The notes beneath the pieces are model-generated. The model had not been told where the DNA came from. It saw only the letters and a program-made list of their open reading frames with translations, and did not search any database. The position numbers were made by a program, and so were the translations under genes. DNA of 63,041 bases, the filler included, from Octopus bimaculoides (taxonomy: Eukaryota): assembly GCF_001194135.2 (NCBI RefSeq). It is 4 parts of 4 records of this genome, joined end to end, with 100 filler letters (N's around TTAATTAATTAA, not from the genome) between each part and the next. Parts side by side here need not be neighbours in the genome. Positions count along the whole stretch, not along the records: positions 22,847 to 42,533 come from NC_068996.1; 3 more parts are not named here. The stretch is one strand, 5' to 3'. Below, piece after piece: positions 24,546 through 38,059 of this stretch; the first letter of the stretch is position 1, and each line of letters opens with the position of its first letter.

Positions 24546-24615
24546 ATACCGGATGTAGATCACCGTCATGCCAAAGACTCACTGACAAGCATAATGAATA
24601 TAACCAACCGGAAGT
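24546..24615 (-). promoter_or_regulatory. Putative promoter/first exon: two ETS-type motifs and an ATG followed by a GTGAGT donor
   Basis: ACCGGAAGT at 24607-24615 and CCGGATGT at ~24549-24556. The minus strand reads ATGCTTGTCA|GTGAGT (24592-24583). Confidence 0.3.
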
Positions 24616-25095
24616 CCACAGTGCGCTTTCCCATTTAAAATTGTACGAAGCGACTACACAAGAATTCACTAACCTCCATTTAAATGTTGCTTTCGGACAC
24701 CAATTCTAAGTATCGGACTGCAGAGTGGCTAGAATTGATATAAACAAAAGACTTGTTCTCTAGGAATGGCACTTAGTCCTTATTACCTGGAACATAAAAT
24801 TAATTTTGGGTAACAATATTTGGAGATACATGATTGTAAATATGCATATATGTATATTGTGTGGATATATATATGAATACGCATGTGTTAATATATGCTT
24901 ATACGCGCATACACACACACACACACACACACATATATACACACACATATTCACACACTTAGGTATAATAAACACATATCCGTGTATAAATGTGTGTGTG
25001 TACCTGTGTGTGTAAGTGTTTGTGTGTGTGTGTAAGCGGGTACGTGCGTGATAGCTATATTCACACACAGACACACGCACATACATTTATATATA

Positions 25096-25490
25096 GGCGC
25101 AGGAGTGGCAGTGTGGTAAGAAGCTTGCTTACCAGTCACATGGTTCTGGGTTCAGTCCCACTGCGTGGCACCTTGGGCAAGTGTCTTCTACTATAGACTC
25201 GGGCCGACCAAAGCCTTGAGAGTGGATTTGGTAGACGGAAACTGAAAGATGCCCGTCGTATGTGTGTGTGTATGTATGTGTGTGTGCGTGTGTGTGTGTA
25301 TGTTTGAGTGTCTGTGTTTATTCCCCCCCCACACACACACACAATCGCTTGACAACTTATACTGGTGTGTTTACGTCCCCATAACCTAGAGGTGCGGCAA
25401 AAGACACCGATAAATATTACGCTTGCAAAGAATAAGTCCTGGGGTCAATTTGTTCGACTAAAGGCGACAAATAAAAGAGTAAAAGAGTAA
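25096..25490 (+). mobile_element. SINE family A, full length
   Basis: Head GGCGCAGGAGTGGCAGTGTGGTAAG...GGTTCAGTCCC, core, internal (TG)/(TATG) tract, body and an AAAAGAGT x2 tail. Confidence 0.9.
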
Positions 25491-25520
25491 ACATATGTGT
25501 TTGTGTTTTTTTTTTGTGTG

Positions 25521-25563
<43 letters not shown>

Positions 25564-27139
25564 TTTATTTTCTCCGAGTAAAAAATAACTCGGATAAAAT
25601 AAATTGGTTAATAGGTACCGGGGTAGCAAAGATCACAAAATAACCGTGGTGTAACTCCTGTTTATGAGGTAGAAACTCCTTGATATTTTGGGTATTTGAG
25701 TATATATAAATTTAAAGAATGGAGTAAACGCATATTATAACTGCATACTTTTATTCCGACATATTTTTCGAAGAATTACAATTTATGCGATCCATAGGAA
25801 TCGGCGATGTTAAAAATGTAAACNNNNNNNNNNNNNNNNNNNNNNNNNNNNNNNNNNNNNNNNNNNNNNNNNNNNNNNNNNNNNNNNNNNNNNNNNNNNN
25901 NNNNNNNNNNNNNNNNNNNNNNNNNNNNNNNNNNNNNNNNNNNNNNNNNNNNNNNNNNNNNNNNNNNNNNNNNNNNNNNNNNNNNNNNNNNNNNNNNNNN
26001 NNNNNNNNNNNNNNNNNNNNNNNNNNNNNNNNNNNNNNNNNNNNNNNNNNNNNNNNNNNNNNNNNNNNNNNNNNNNNNNNNNNNNNNNNNNNNNNNNNNN
26101 NNNNNNNNNNNNNNNNNNNNNNNNNNNNNNNNNNNNNNNNNNNNNNNNNNNNNNNNNNNNNNNNNNNNNNNNNNNNNNNNNNNNNNNNNNNNNNNNNNNN
26201 NNNNNNNNNNNNNNNNNNNNNNNNNNNNNNNNNNNNNNNNNNNNNNNNNNNNNNNNNNNNNNNNNNNNNNNNNNNNNNNNNNNNNNNNNNNNNNNNNNNN
26301 NNNNNNNNNNNNNNNNNNNNNNNNNNNNNNNNNNNNNNNNNNNNNNNNNNNNNNNNNNNNNNNNNNNNNNNNNNNNNNNNNNNNNNNNNNNNNNNNNNNN
26401 NNNNNNNNNNNNNNNNNNNNNNNNNNNNNNNNNNNNNNNNNNNNNNNNNNNNNNNNNNNNNNNNNNNNNNNNNNNNNNNNNNNNNNNNNNNNNNNNNNNN
26501 NNNNNNNNNNNNNNNNNNNNNNNNNNNNNNNNNNNNNNNNNNNNNNNNNNNNNNNNNNNNNNNNNNNNNNNNNNNNNNNNNNNNNNNNNNNNNNNNNNNN
26601 NNNNNNNNNNNNNNNNNNNNNNNNNNNNNNNNNNNNNNNNNNNNNNNNNNNNNNNNNNNNNNNNNNNNNNNNNNNNNNNNNNNNNNNNNNNNNNNNNNNN
26701 NNNNNNNNNNNNNNNNNNNNNNNNNNNNNNNNNNNNNNNNNNNNNNNNNNNNNNNNNNTATATATATATATATATATATATATCTGAGTGCTTGTGTGTA
26801 TATGTATATCTGAGTGCTTGTGTGTATATGTGACAGTGTGTGCAGTTACATATTTGTATATACTTGGGAACTACCCAACTTATAAGTGTAGATATCAAAA
26901 TAAATATCGTATTAATGTCCATTATTTAAATATCAAATGGGATAGATTGTGCTGGTCTTCAGNNNNNNNNNNTATGTATGTATGTATGTATGTATGTATG
27001 TATTTTTTCTTTGAATTTAAGTTCTTGGGAGAGTTCAAGCCGGTTCCTAACAAAATAACAAGACTTTTTGAGTTAAGAGAGTTCCCGGGGTTTGTAAATA
27101 TATGTAAGTATGCATGTATACATAATACATACATTCAGT

Positions 27140-27527
27140 CTGCAGCACCAAGGCCAAGCTAGTGGCCTTGGTGCTGCAGCCTGAACGGTTGGTGTGCTTC
27201 TCGACCGTGCCCCACACATAGCATTCTATGGATTAAAATCAGGGGGATTAGGGTGCCAGTAATTGGGTCTAGCGAAGTCGTAGAAATTCTCCAATATCCA
27301 CGTTTGACTATTTCCAGACGGATGGCGAGAAGCCAAATCCTGCTGTCACACATATGGCCTTCCAACAGCAACTCTCTTTAGCCAGAGATTGACCACAGTC
27401 TCAAGCAGCTGTATTGAGCTTAAAGCCTAGTTCAAATTGTGGGAATGGATCTCGAAGTATGACACAATCAGAACGCCGGCTTTGTTACTTCCTGCTGGCC
27501 ACGGCTTCATAGTCTCTGTTACAGTTG
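27140..27527 (-). mobile_element. Tc1/mariner transposase relic (same family as 35774)
   Basis: Reverse complement has GGAGAATTTCTACGACTTCGC..CCCAATTACTGGC, shared with ~36630-36676, and a frameshifted WPPNSPDLNPMDY.VWG-like region. Confidence 0.8.
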
Positions 27528-28200
27528 TATGTGTGCATATGCGTATTTGTGTGTACAGACGTGCATGTTTGTATGTGGAGACGTGCGTGTGTGCGCCCAC
27601 GTACAGATCCACACATTCACATTAATATACACATGTACGCAAAACTATATGAACGCGGCTGCACAACCACATATAAAACTATATACTTGCCCATGCCGCA
27701 CCTTTCTACTTCACCTCCAACAACCTAAACGACTTCTTTTCTATTTCCTGTCCTCCACATGGTCAATTTCCTGTTCGCCATGTTGTATTTTCCAACTAAC
27801 TGTTACCCATATACCAACATCAAACCACAACACCACGTGACTTTCCTCTACCAATTGCAGCCCACCTTACAGTAATAACAATCGACTTCTGTAATTCAAA
27901 TTCAAAATGGCTGACGATTAGCATCACGCTTGAAACCCAAGTCTACCAACGAATTTGAATCAGTTTTGATCCATACATGTAACTCCCAATAAATTGGCTG
28001 AATGCCCTTCTTTTGTTTGTCCGTTCACTCGCGCGCGCGCGTATGTGTGTGTGTGTGTGTGTGTGTATATCAATATGTACACACACACACACACTCACAT
28101 ACATACACACACAAACACTCACCGTCTGCATATACATACAAACACACATACTGAACCATATATATTAATAAACAGGATAAAAACCCTTGACCAGAACAAC

Positions 28201-28269
<69 letters not shown>

Positions 28270-28272
<3 letters not shown>

Positions 28273-29557
28273 CAAATACACATGAAAGACTTATCACCCA
28301 AAAACATATGTGCAAAGATTCTCCAATGAAATAAGAATCTCTAATTAGTATAAAAGAAAATTTCAATAAGCGCTGCCAGAAACCTCACAAAAAAAAAGAA
28401 AAGAACTTTAAATCAGTGGTTTTCAACGGTGAAATAAGAATCTCTAATTAGTATAAGGCTCTTGAACAAAATATTAAATTGGGGATTCACAATTGTATTT
28501 CAAGGGGTCCTGAATAAATTTGGCTTTTGATGTATGTATTGATATGTATTACAAGAAATAGATATGTTTCTTTCTCTAACGTTTTGCATAGTTCAATCTA
28601 TCGGAAAACAAAATATAAATTATGAAATAAGTATCTATAAAACTAGCTTTAAACATTAAATGGCAATGAGGATCCGCTAGAATGAAATAGTAATCAAAAG
28701 GGTTCATAGATAAAAAAAATGGTTGAGAGCCCTCCTTTAAAACTTCATTCTTGAGCGAAACAAAATTCAAAACATATTAGCGAAAGCCATTCGACCATAA
28801 AATGACATTTACAAGTGAAGACACTCCTAAACTCTACCATAAATACACATATCTTTAAATGGTTTAACAGACAATTTCAGAAGGCCAATAACAGAATAAT
28901 GACGCAAATGAGTCTTTAAGATCCCTAACGTTTACCAAAGCAAAATTTACACCAACAATACTATTCTACCATAACATGCATACCAAAACAAAAGTGATCA
29001 AAACAAATATTCTTAATTAGATGGAGAATACAAACACAACTCTGTCATCGACAAATTTCGCAAAATAAACACCAAACTACAAATATTGAGCAATGTCGAG
29101 AGAAAAAGACGACATCCAGTCAACAAACGCTAAATGCATATGCGATAAAAATATAACTGTACCACTAAAGGTAGCTATAACAGTTCTCGCACCGAGATCG
29201 CGTTCGCATGAAGCATGAATGAGGAGGTAAACATTCAAGCTCAATGAACTATGTAAGTGTATATGCACGCGCATGCTATCTACGCTTGTATGTATGTATA
29301 TATGTATATATGTGTGTGTGTGTGTGTATAATATGTATACATATATATGTATGTACGCATGTATGTATGCATGTATGTATGCGTGTGTCAGTATGCGTAT
29401 GCATACATATTTATGTGTGTGTATATGTATACATATATATATATATTCTATATCCATATGCATGTGCGTACATATGATATTCCCTATCATATTATCTCTC
29501 ACTGACTTGGTTTGCTAGACAGCTAAAACTGCCATTTTGTGTGTATGCGTGATCAGT

Positions 29558-29638
<81 letters not shown>

Positions 29639-30560
29639 TTCATCAAAACTCTCAGTTTACAACAAGCATATTGTCCACAACACTATTGCAGTGCTTCTAC
29701 ACACGCCTACGTTTGGCCTTCTGAACTGGTCTCTAAAAGAACTCAATGAAATTAATGTTCAAAGTCGCAAGCTGCTCACTGTTACAAGAAACTTCAACAC
29801 CAACGGATGTGTAGACAGGCTATACCTCCCACGCAAGGAAGGTGGCCGTAATCTCTAATCTGTATTGATGTCATATGAAGCATGGATTGTGACACTAAAA
29901 CATCTACTGCAGACGAAACAGAGCTATAACTATCTTGACCAACTTTCTGACCATAAAACCAACAACATAATTAGGATAGCTAATGAATTTGAGGAGAGAT
30001 ATGAAATAAGAACTGAAACAGTTGTCTCCTCAACGAGCACTGGTAAAATATATTTATAGGAACAACAGAAAAAAGAAAATGAGCTAGTTCATTAAGAAGA
30101 TAGTACAAAGGTAAACAAAAAAAATACTAGTGGGAAATTAAAACAACCACCAAATTAAACCACGATTGGCCAGATATAGTTGTGTGGAACCACAAAAATA
30201 TATGTTCTGTTGTGAAAATCAGCTTCCCCTTGGACACGAATCGGGTTAGAAAAATACAAGAGAAAGAGGACATCAAAGGACTATTGATAAGGAGTTTGCA
30301 AATCCAGTACCCAAGATGCACTTTCAGATTAATAGCCATTGTTATTAAAGCAACAGGATACATACCAACCCGTTTGGAGCAGAGTATGGCTGAACTTGGA
30401 ATCTTGGGGAGAGAGTGCGAATCCTTAATTCATACGCTACAGATGATCGCAATATCTGGGACCATAAAAATCTGCATGACCTTAAGATTTAAAGGATAAC
30501 GGTTAAATCATTATACTTTTCTTCGCAACCTTGCAATCAAGGCGGTGGCCGGTTAAAATT
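28270..30560 (+). mobile_element. R4/Dong-like non-LTR retrotransposon (RT + restriction-like endonuclease), decayed and interrupted
   Basis: Post-RT motif FGLLNWSLKELNEINVQSRKLLT...VDRLYLPRKEGGRNL (~29700-29860). RLE motif HDWPDIVVWNHKNICSVVKISFPLD...IAIVIKATGYIP...LQMIAISGTIKI (~30160-30499). Weak RT motif remnants lie at ~28850-29100. Confidence 0.88.
28414..28734. mobile_element. hAT/Charlie-type MITE inserted into the LINE
   Basis: TIRs CAGTGGTTTTCAAC and GTTGAGAGCCCTC, TSD CTTTAAAT/CTTTAAAA. Its end is the reverse complement of the start of the 59037 MITE. Confidence 0.8.
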
Positions 30561-30628
30561 AAAGATAAAGAGAACATACATACATACATACTCACACACA
30601 CACATACATACAGACACACGTAAGTATG

Positions 30629-30712
<84 letters not shown>

Positions 30713-31388
30713 CATATATACATACGTAAGTACGTACATGCATACGTACATATATACATGCATGGGTGCGTGCGTGCGTGTATATTATACGAATTTAAGA
30801 ATTTCGAAAGAAACAAGTAAATTATTATTAACGGTGGAACGTGTTGTATGAGGAAAAGTAAAAACTTGTCTGTGGTATTCGATCACACGTCTGCTAACAT
30901 GATAGCTGTTTTAGTTGTAGCCTTCATACCAAAGCATTCCTTCAAATATTCTCAATCCAGCTTTGTTTTTATCCTCTAGAATTGTAAGACGTTTCATGTA
31001 CACATGCAAGTATGTCGGTATATATGTATAAGTATGTATGTACATATATGTATGTATGTGTGTATGCATGTATGTATGCATGTAGGTACGTACGTATGTA
31101 TGTGTGTATGTATGTGTGTATGTATGTATACATGTTGTGTATAAGTATGCATGTATCTATGTATGTATATGTATATATGTATGTATGAATGCATGCACGT
31201 ATGTATTTGTGTGTGCGTGCGTGTATGTATGTATGTATGTACGTATGTATATGTATGTATATATATATAAATGTGTGTACGTATGGCTGGATGAAAGCAT
31301 TATTTATGCATGTATCTATGCATGTATGCATGTTTGTATATGTATATATGTATGCATGTATGAATCAATGCACGCACGCATGTATGTG

Positions 31389-31420
<32 letters not shown>

Positions 31421-32722
31421 TGAATGCACGCACGCATGTATGTGTATATGTATGTATGTATGTATGTATGTATGAATGCACGCACGCATGTATGTATGTA
31501 TGTATGTATGTGTGTATGTATGTATGTGTGTATGTATGTGTGTATGTATGTATGCATGCGTGCGTGTATGTATGTATGTATGTATGTGTGGATGTATGTA
31601 TGCACGATATGTCTATAAACTGAATTCTTTTTCTCGCCACTCTGCTTGACTTTTATAACACTGAACCTTCGCACGTAGATCACAATGCCACGAAACTGGA
31701 GTCGCAGGAAAAAAAAATAGTGCTTCTTTGGTTCAGAGACTAAAAGTTTAAATTCTCACACACACACACGCACGCACACACTCACGTACATGCATGCACA
31801 CACGCACACACATCTACTCATGCACGCGCGCGTACACATCTGCACACAGTATGTTTGTAATAGGTCATACACATGCATGTTTGTAAGAAGGCGCATGTAT
31901 AGACGGATGTGTGTATGCATGTATGTGTGCATGCATGTATGTATGTATTTACGTGTGTATGAATGAATGTACATACATATGTGTGTATTCATATCCGCAA
32001 GTGTGTATGTATGTGCCTATCATTCTGTCTAACTGTCTATCTGTAAGTAGCTAACTCAGTTTCTGATAGTATCCCCATCCCTGCCTGTCTCTCTCTGTCT
32101 CGCACCGTCTCTCCCTCTTTCTTTCTTCTTTTCTTCCTTTCTTTCTTTCTCCCTCTCTCCCCCCCTCTCTCTCTCTCTCTCTCTCTTTCGATTTCTTCTC
32201 ATTGTTCTAAGCAACCTACATGAACTCATACTACAGTAACAAAAGTTTTATTAAAAATAGATAAATCAAACACACACTCGTGTTTTTAATATAAAACGAT
32301 ATATAAGCCACGATATATAAGCAACTATTTTCGAAAACACATCTTTATATTATTGCTTAACAGTACATTGAGATTTAATTAGCTACTGAAAAAAATCTGT
32401 TATGAAATATGTTATATTTATGTCACTTCATTACGACGTTCAGAAACACGTATTTTCATTGATTTACGTACGAAAACAGGTGATATTTTCATCTCTTGAA
32501 TAGCACCTAAAAAATAAAAGAAAAATCAAAATTTAGTGTTGATGAATTATTTTTCCTAGAACATATATTCATTTCTCGAGGTTGTGAAGATTCAACGCAT
32601 AGAAAAAGTATTTTTCGAACCTGTATTTGGAAATTCCTCCATAAATATCGGTAGAAACAGTTGCAAGAATATCCCCAATTCTGATCTCATGCTCAAACTT
32701 TAAAAAAAGTTGCAATATGATA

Positions 32723-32821
32723 TTCTTCTTCTTCTTCTTCTTCTTCTTCTTCTTCTTCTTCTTCTTCTTCTTCTTCTTCTTCTTCTTCTTCTTCTTCTTC
32801 TTCTTCTTCTTCTTCTTCTTC
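32723..32821. repeat. (TTC)n microsatellite, ~33 units
   Basis: Read directly. It is the source of the poly-E/poly-L ORF-track artefacts. Confidence 0.95.
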
Positions 32822-34854
32822 TGTTGCTACTGTTTCTGAGAGAAAAAAAGAGAAGCGTGAGAAAGGGAGAGAAAGAGGGAGAGATAGACTTCGCACTTTC
32901 TTCAAGTATTAACGTAAGGAAGTACTATGTTATAGTACACCAGTCGACCTTATAATAGTTCATAGAATCATCATTTAGGTTCCATAAGTATTAGACTAGT
33001 GAGGTAGTAAAGCATTTTTTCTTGGGGATTTTAAGTAGTTTTCTGTGAGCCTTATATAAATTTTTCTTGTTTGCTTGTCCTTAACTTAGTAAACAATTCT
33101 TTGAGAAAATAAATATTAGGGTTGTTACAATTTAGATAGACAGTATTAGTTTTTAGTGCACAGCAGCTCACCTTAACGTTATTTCTATTGAAGATCAAAT
33201 GTGTTTACGGTTGATGGTTATTTCTAAACTTTAGAAAAATCACAGCAACAATAAAACGAAAATATAAGTCATTTAAACGATTGTACCCTATAATGTCCCG
33301 TTACATTTTTTTAAATTTGCTTTTATGAATATTGATAATGCTCAGTATGTAATATTATTTTGAAAGCTACTGTTTTTTTCTTTAATGTGCATTGATTATA
33401 GTCAGTGGCACGATTAAATATTCATCGAAAGGTAATATGTTGGAGATGCGTTTACTGATGTTAGAAAGTTTTTAGGATTATCAGATGATTAGAAGCTATA
33501 TTGATGTCTTGCAATTTCATGTTGATTTTACTATAAGAACAATATTTACGAATGATTAAATTTAAAGTTACATCTAAGAAACTGAATGATTTCGCATGAA
33601 ATTTAATCTTTAAATATAACTCTTTCTGAACTGTATTCATATATAGCCAGTCACACTTTGCATTGTTACGGTAAAAATTGAAATCTGAGGAATAGAATCG
33701 GTATTAAAGTAAGTCTAAAGCACACAATGCTATTAATTCACTTATCTCAGCACAATCATAAGATCTCATAACTCCCTCAATCAATATCTGTCCTGCACGT
33801 TTAACCTCAAAATGATTATCGTAAAGACGTTGATATTATAGACGTTAGGAGAGCTAATACTTTCCTAATGTTCACAATATCAACGTCATAATCACAATTT
33901 GAAATAAAGCCTCTACCGAATTTTAGGAGCTCTTAGGAGATGAAATTCGGTTATAAATAGGTAGATTCTTATTATGTCGAACTGCATAAATTCACAAAGG
34001 TGCTTATTATTGAAATACTGAACCGATCAATGACAGATACATTATTATTTCTAAATTGAAGAAAAGTGTGATCAGTATGATGGGATATGAAATATTTTTA
34101 CAGAATATATAAATTTAACATTTGGTCGGGTTTATTATCTTGCATTTGGAATTGACAGGAAAATTATATTTATGATCTTTAAATGTAACGTATGGCTCAA
34201 ATAAGCTAAAAATTCTACTCTGTTGCCTGTTTTTAGGATGAAAGCTATTTCTTTTGCTTCTAAAGCAAAAGAAATAGCTTTATGGTATGTGTTGGGTGTT
34301 AGTTTCTTTATAGGCGTTCATTTTCATAGCTCTCTAGATTTTTATTTCATCTGAAATGCAGTGGTGATATTTGAAGCTTTAGATATAGTTTAAACCCTTG
34401 CATAAAATATGAAGTTCTTAAGATAATTTAAAAAAGCAAACAAACGTAATGGAGGTTACGAGAGGGACTATTTCCCTTGGTATTTTCCGTATTTTCTTTA
34501 AATATGTCTTCCATCTCATTTTGTTGAGTTGATCCAACCGAGATGGACTTTGCCCGTTTTCTTCTCAATATCGGCAAATTGATGTATGTACATATGTACG
34601 TACGAACGTATGTATGTGTGTGTGTGCGTGTGTAGGTTTGTAGGTTCGTTGGTAGGTAAGTAGACATGTAGGTAGGTAGGCAGGTATGTCTGTCTGTCTG
34701 TCTGTCTGTCTGTATGTATGTATGTATGTATGTATGTATGTATGTATGTATGTATGTATATAGGTAGGTAGGTCGGTAGGTAGGTAGGTAGGTAGGTAGG
34801 TAGGTAGGTAGGTAGGTAGGTAGGTAGGTAGTAGTGTAAGTACGTACACTGGTT

Positions 34855-35215
34855 TCCAATCAGCTGAGATAGACTATTTAATGCAGATGGGGAATTAGTG
34901 CATCTCTAAGCAGGGTTTTTTTTTATGGTGAGCTTTCTGTTAAGAAGCAAAAATAGTGCAAGCCAAAAATGCAGTATAAAGACTTGCTAAAAACCAGTCT
35001 TGGGGAGTTGAATATACCATACAAAGATGTTGAATCTATTGCTCTTGACAGAAATAAATGATGAGAAAAAGATCTGGGTAAAGTATGCAAAATGAAAGAA
35101 GAATAACAGAAAAATAACAGCTTGCTAAAAATAGAAATAGTTCCATCCTTCAGTTGTTCAACATGTAAGACTTGTCAGGTTGGCTTCACTTCACATATTG
35201 AAACTAATTTTTGTC
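34855..35215 (+). mobile_element. RTE (BovB-like) LINE 3' relic
   Basis: Decayed FYGELSV...KPKMQYKDLLKTSLGELNI...ESIALDRNK...FSCSTC...GFTSH matches RTE C-termini with a terminal zinc finger. Confidence 0.8.
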
Positions 35216-35430
35216 CAGTTTACCCAAATGACATAAAGATCATTTCAATGGATATGCTGAGATGCCAGATTTGTAATAAGACATGTTAAGTCCAGTGTTA
35301 ATCTAAAGAGGCATTTTAATATTAATAAATCAAGCATAACATTCAAATATTGTGCCACTTGAGTGGGAGACATATTTGCTGTTTGTAAAGCAAATTTCAA
35401 ACAGTTCTTGGAACTTAAGCAGTCACTTAC

Positions 35431-35474
35431 ATGTTCATGCACGGAAAGACAACATCTAACAAGAAGCGGTTGAG
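35431..35474 (-). CDS. Candidate 44-nt exon (LNRFLLDVVFPCMN or AQPLLVRCCLSVHEH)
   Basis: Acceptor TCTGTTCCTATTCAAAG and donor GTAAGT. No homology recognised. Confidence 0.2.
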
Positions 35475-35701
35475 CTTTGAATAGGAACAGACTACCTCTA
35501 TGTATGTATGTATGTATGTATGTATGTATGTATGTATGTATGTATGTATGTATGTATGGGAATCTTACAAAACAAAAATGCATACATACATAGATATATA
35601 CATACATATATATATATATATATGTAAATATATACACATACATATATATGTATACATACATATACATATACATATATATTTGTATATACATACACACACA
35701 C

Positions 35702-35732
<31 letters not shown>

Positions 35733-35742
35733 NNNNNNNNNN

Positions 35743-35773
<31 letters not shown>

Positions 35774-35777
<4 letters not shown>

Positions 35778-36676
35778 CGTGCGAGATAAATCTGACGATT
35801 TTAATGTCTCTTTTTTCAGAAACAGTCTGACTTATTGGTGGACAGCTAACGGCGTTGGAGCACATGAAATTAAATTTTTACTTTAAAAAAGTCAACTGAT
35901 AAGGAGGACTGGAAGCGATTTGAATATTGGCAAAGAGTTACCTATTTCATAATGATTTGCTCTGGGTATCAAATTGCGACATTAAGACTGCTGCTCAATG
36001 CTTTATAAGACGCAACGGAGACTACGAAGCTGAGGCCGACAGAGAAACACAGCAGGAATTTTGACTACATCCACACGCTGGAAGGCATCCAACAACTATA
36101 AGAAAAAGTGATGGAAGATCCGATCAAGGGAATCCGGGTTTGGCGAGAGAGCTGAGTGTTGGAGTTGCCATCATGATCCTGGCTCTGAGTAAGAGCTTTC
36201 GTTACCAATAAATACAAAAGGTGCAAGGAACAAATTTTGATATCCAACACCAAGTAGAATTGCTCGAAGAAGTCAAAGAAGTTCGTGAAGAAGCTAAAGC
36301 GTCCTGTTGAAAAATGGGGTAATTGGGTTTCTTCTCAGATGAAAAGAACTTCTGCCAGGACCAGTTGCAGAACACCCAGAACAACAGGTGGCTTGCCTTC
36401 AATCCATCTGATGACCCACGTATCTTGAACACCAACTTCCCCTAAACTGCGATGCTCTTTGGGTGTCACCGGTGAGAATGATATCATACCGCCTCACATC
36501 GTTGAGCAAACTCAATTCAGATGGTTATGTGAAGCGGCTGGAGACTGGTCAAACGTTGAGTGGAGAGGATTGCTGCTGAAAGGTTCTTTGTGTAGTAGCT
36601 TCTCATCATGCCTCCGCAAAGTCAGATGAGGTTAATCGGAGAATTTCTACGACTTCGCCAACCCCAATTTCTGGCA
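35774..36676 (+). mobile_element. Tc1/mariner element, 3'-truncated and decayed
   Basis: Starts after TA in a (TA)n tract. Catalytic-domain start reads FFSDEKNFCQDQLQNTQNNRWLA, with many stops and frameshifts. Confidence 0.88.
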
Positions 36677-36776
36677 TACATATATACACACATGCACGCA
36701 CACACACACGTACGTATGTACACACATTCACATACACACACATGAACGCTGATGTGCATTTATATGTATATACCTT

Positions 36777-36826
<50 letters not shown>

Positions 36827-37477
36827 TGTGTGTGTGTAAATTTTTTATTTATGTAGCGGTCTAAAAACAAGGTGCTCAATGCAAATATTACGCTAACATT
36901 GAGTTTATATGTTAATTTATGCAGGATTATTTACATTAAACAGAACAGCATTTAACAGAACAGCTGTTTCATTCAGTTATTGATATTATACGGTTGGAAA
37001 TCAATAGGATGGCGGTTTTCCTGTTACTGTACAACTGCAGGCGCTTATTGTAGAAGGATGGATCAAACAACCAAACAAAATGGCGATCTGCAATTAAATG
37101 TAATTTCTGTTAGTTTCACGTAAATCAGCATATCTATGTGTCTGCTTGTGCGTCTGTCTGTGTGTCTATCTATCTATCCATCTATCTATCTATCTATTTA
37201 TCTATCTATCTATCAATCTATCTATTTATCTATCTATCTATCAATCTATCTACCTGTCTGTCTGTCTAAGAAAGTGTGCCTGTACATGTGTGTGAAGTGT
37301 TTATGCATGCACTTACGTGCGTGCGTGTATGTGCTTGTGTGTGTGTGCGTGTGCGTGTGTGCGTGCGTGTGCGCGTGTGTGTGCATGTGTATGTGCGACG
37401 CGGTTATGTATATGTATCATTGTGTATTTGAGTTCGTGCATAGCTGCGTGAGAAGGAGAACAAGAAATTACGTGTGC

Positions 37478-37537
<60 letters not shown>

Positions 37538-37838
37538 NNNNNNNNNNNNNNNNNNNNNNNNNNNNNNNNNNNNNNNNNNNNNNNNNNNNNNNNNNNNNNN
37601 NNNNNNNNNNNNNNNNNNNNNNNNNNNNNNNNNNNNNNNNNNNNNNNNNNNNNNNNNNNNNNNNNNNNNNNNNNNNNNNNNNNNNNNNNNNNNNNNNNNN
37701 NNNNNNNNNNNNNNNNNNNNNNNNNNNNNNNNNNNNNNNNNNNNNNNNNNNNNNNNNNNNNNNNNNNNNNNNNNNNNNNNNNNNNNNNNNNNNNNNNNNN
37801 NNNNNNNNNNNNNNNNNNNNNNNNNNNNNNNNNNNNNN

Positions 37839-37879
<41 letters not shown>

Positions 37880-38059
37880 TGTGAGCTAATGTCTGACGCG
37901 AATATTTGATTCATTATAAAAACAAATCATTTGTGCTGGTCGTTCGGCAAATGTTGAACGCTCATACGTCGTCTGCGATGGGAGAGTCCATCATATGTGT
38001 ATGTATATATATATATGGTGGTTGTCTGCTCCTTATGCAGAGTTTGACCGACTCTTGTA

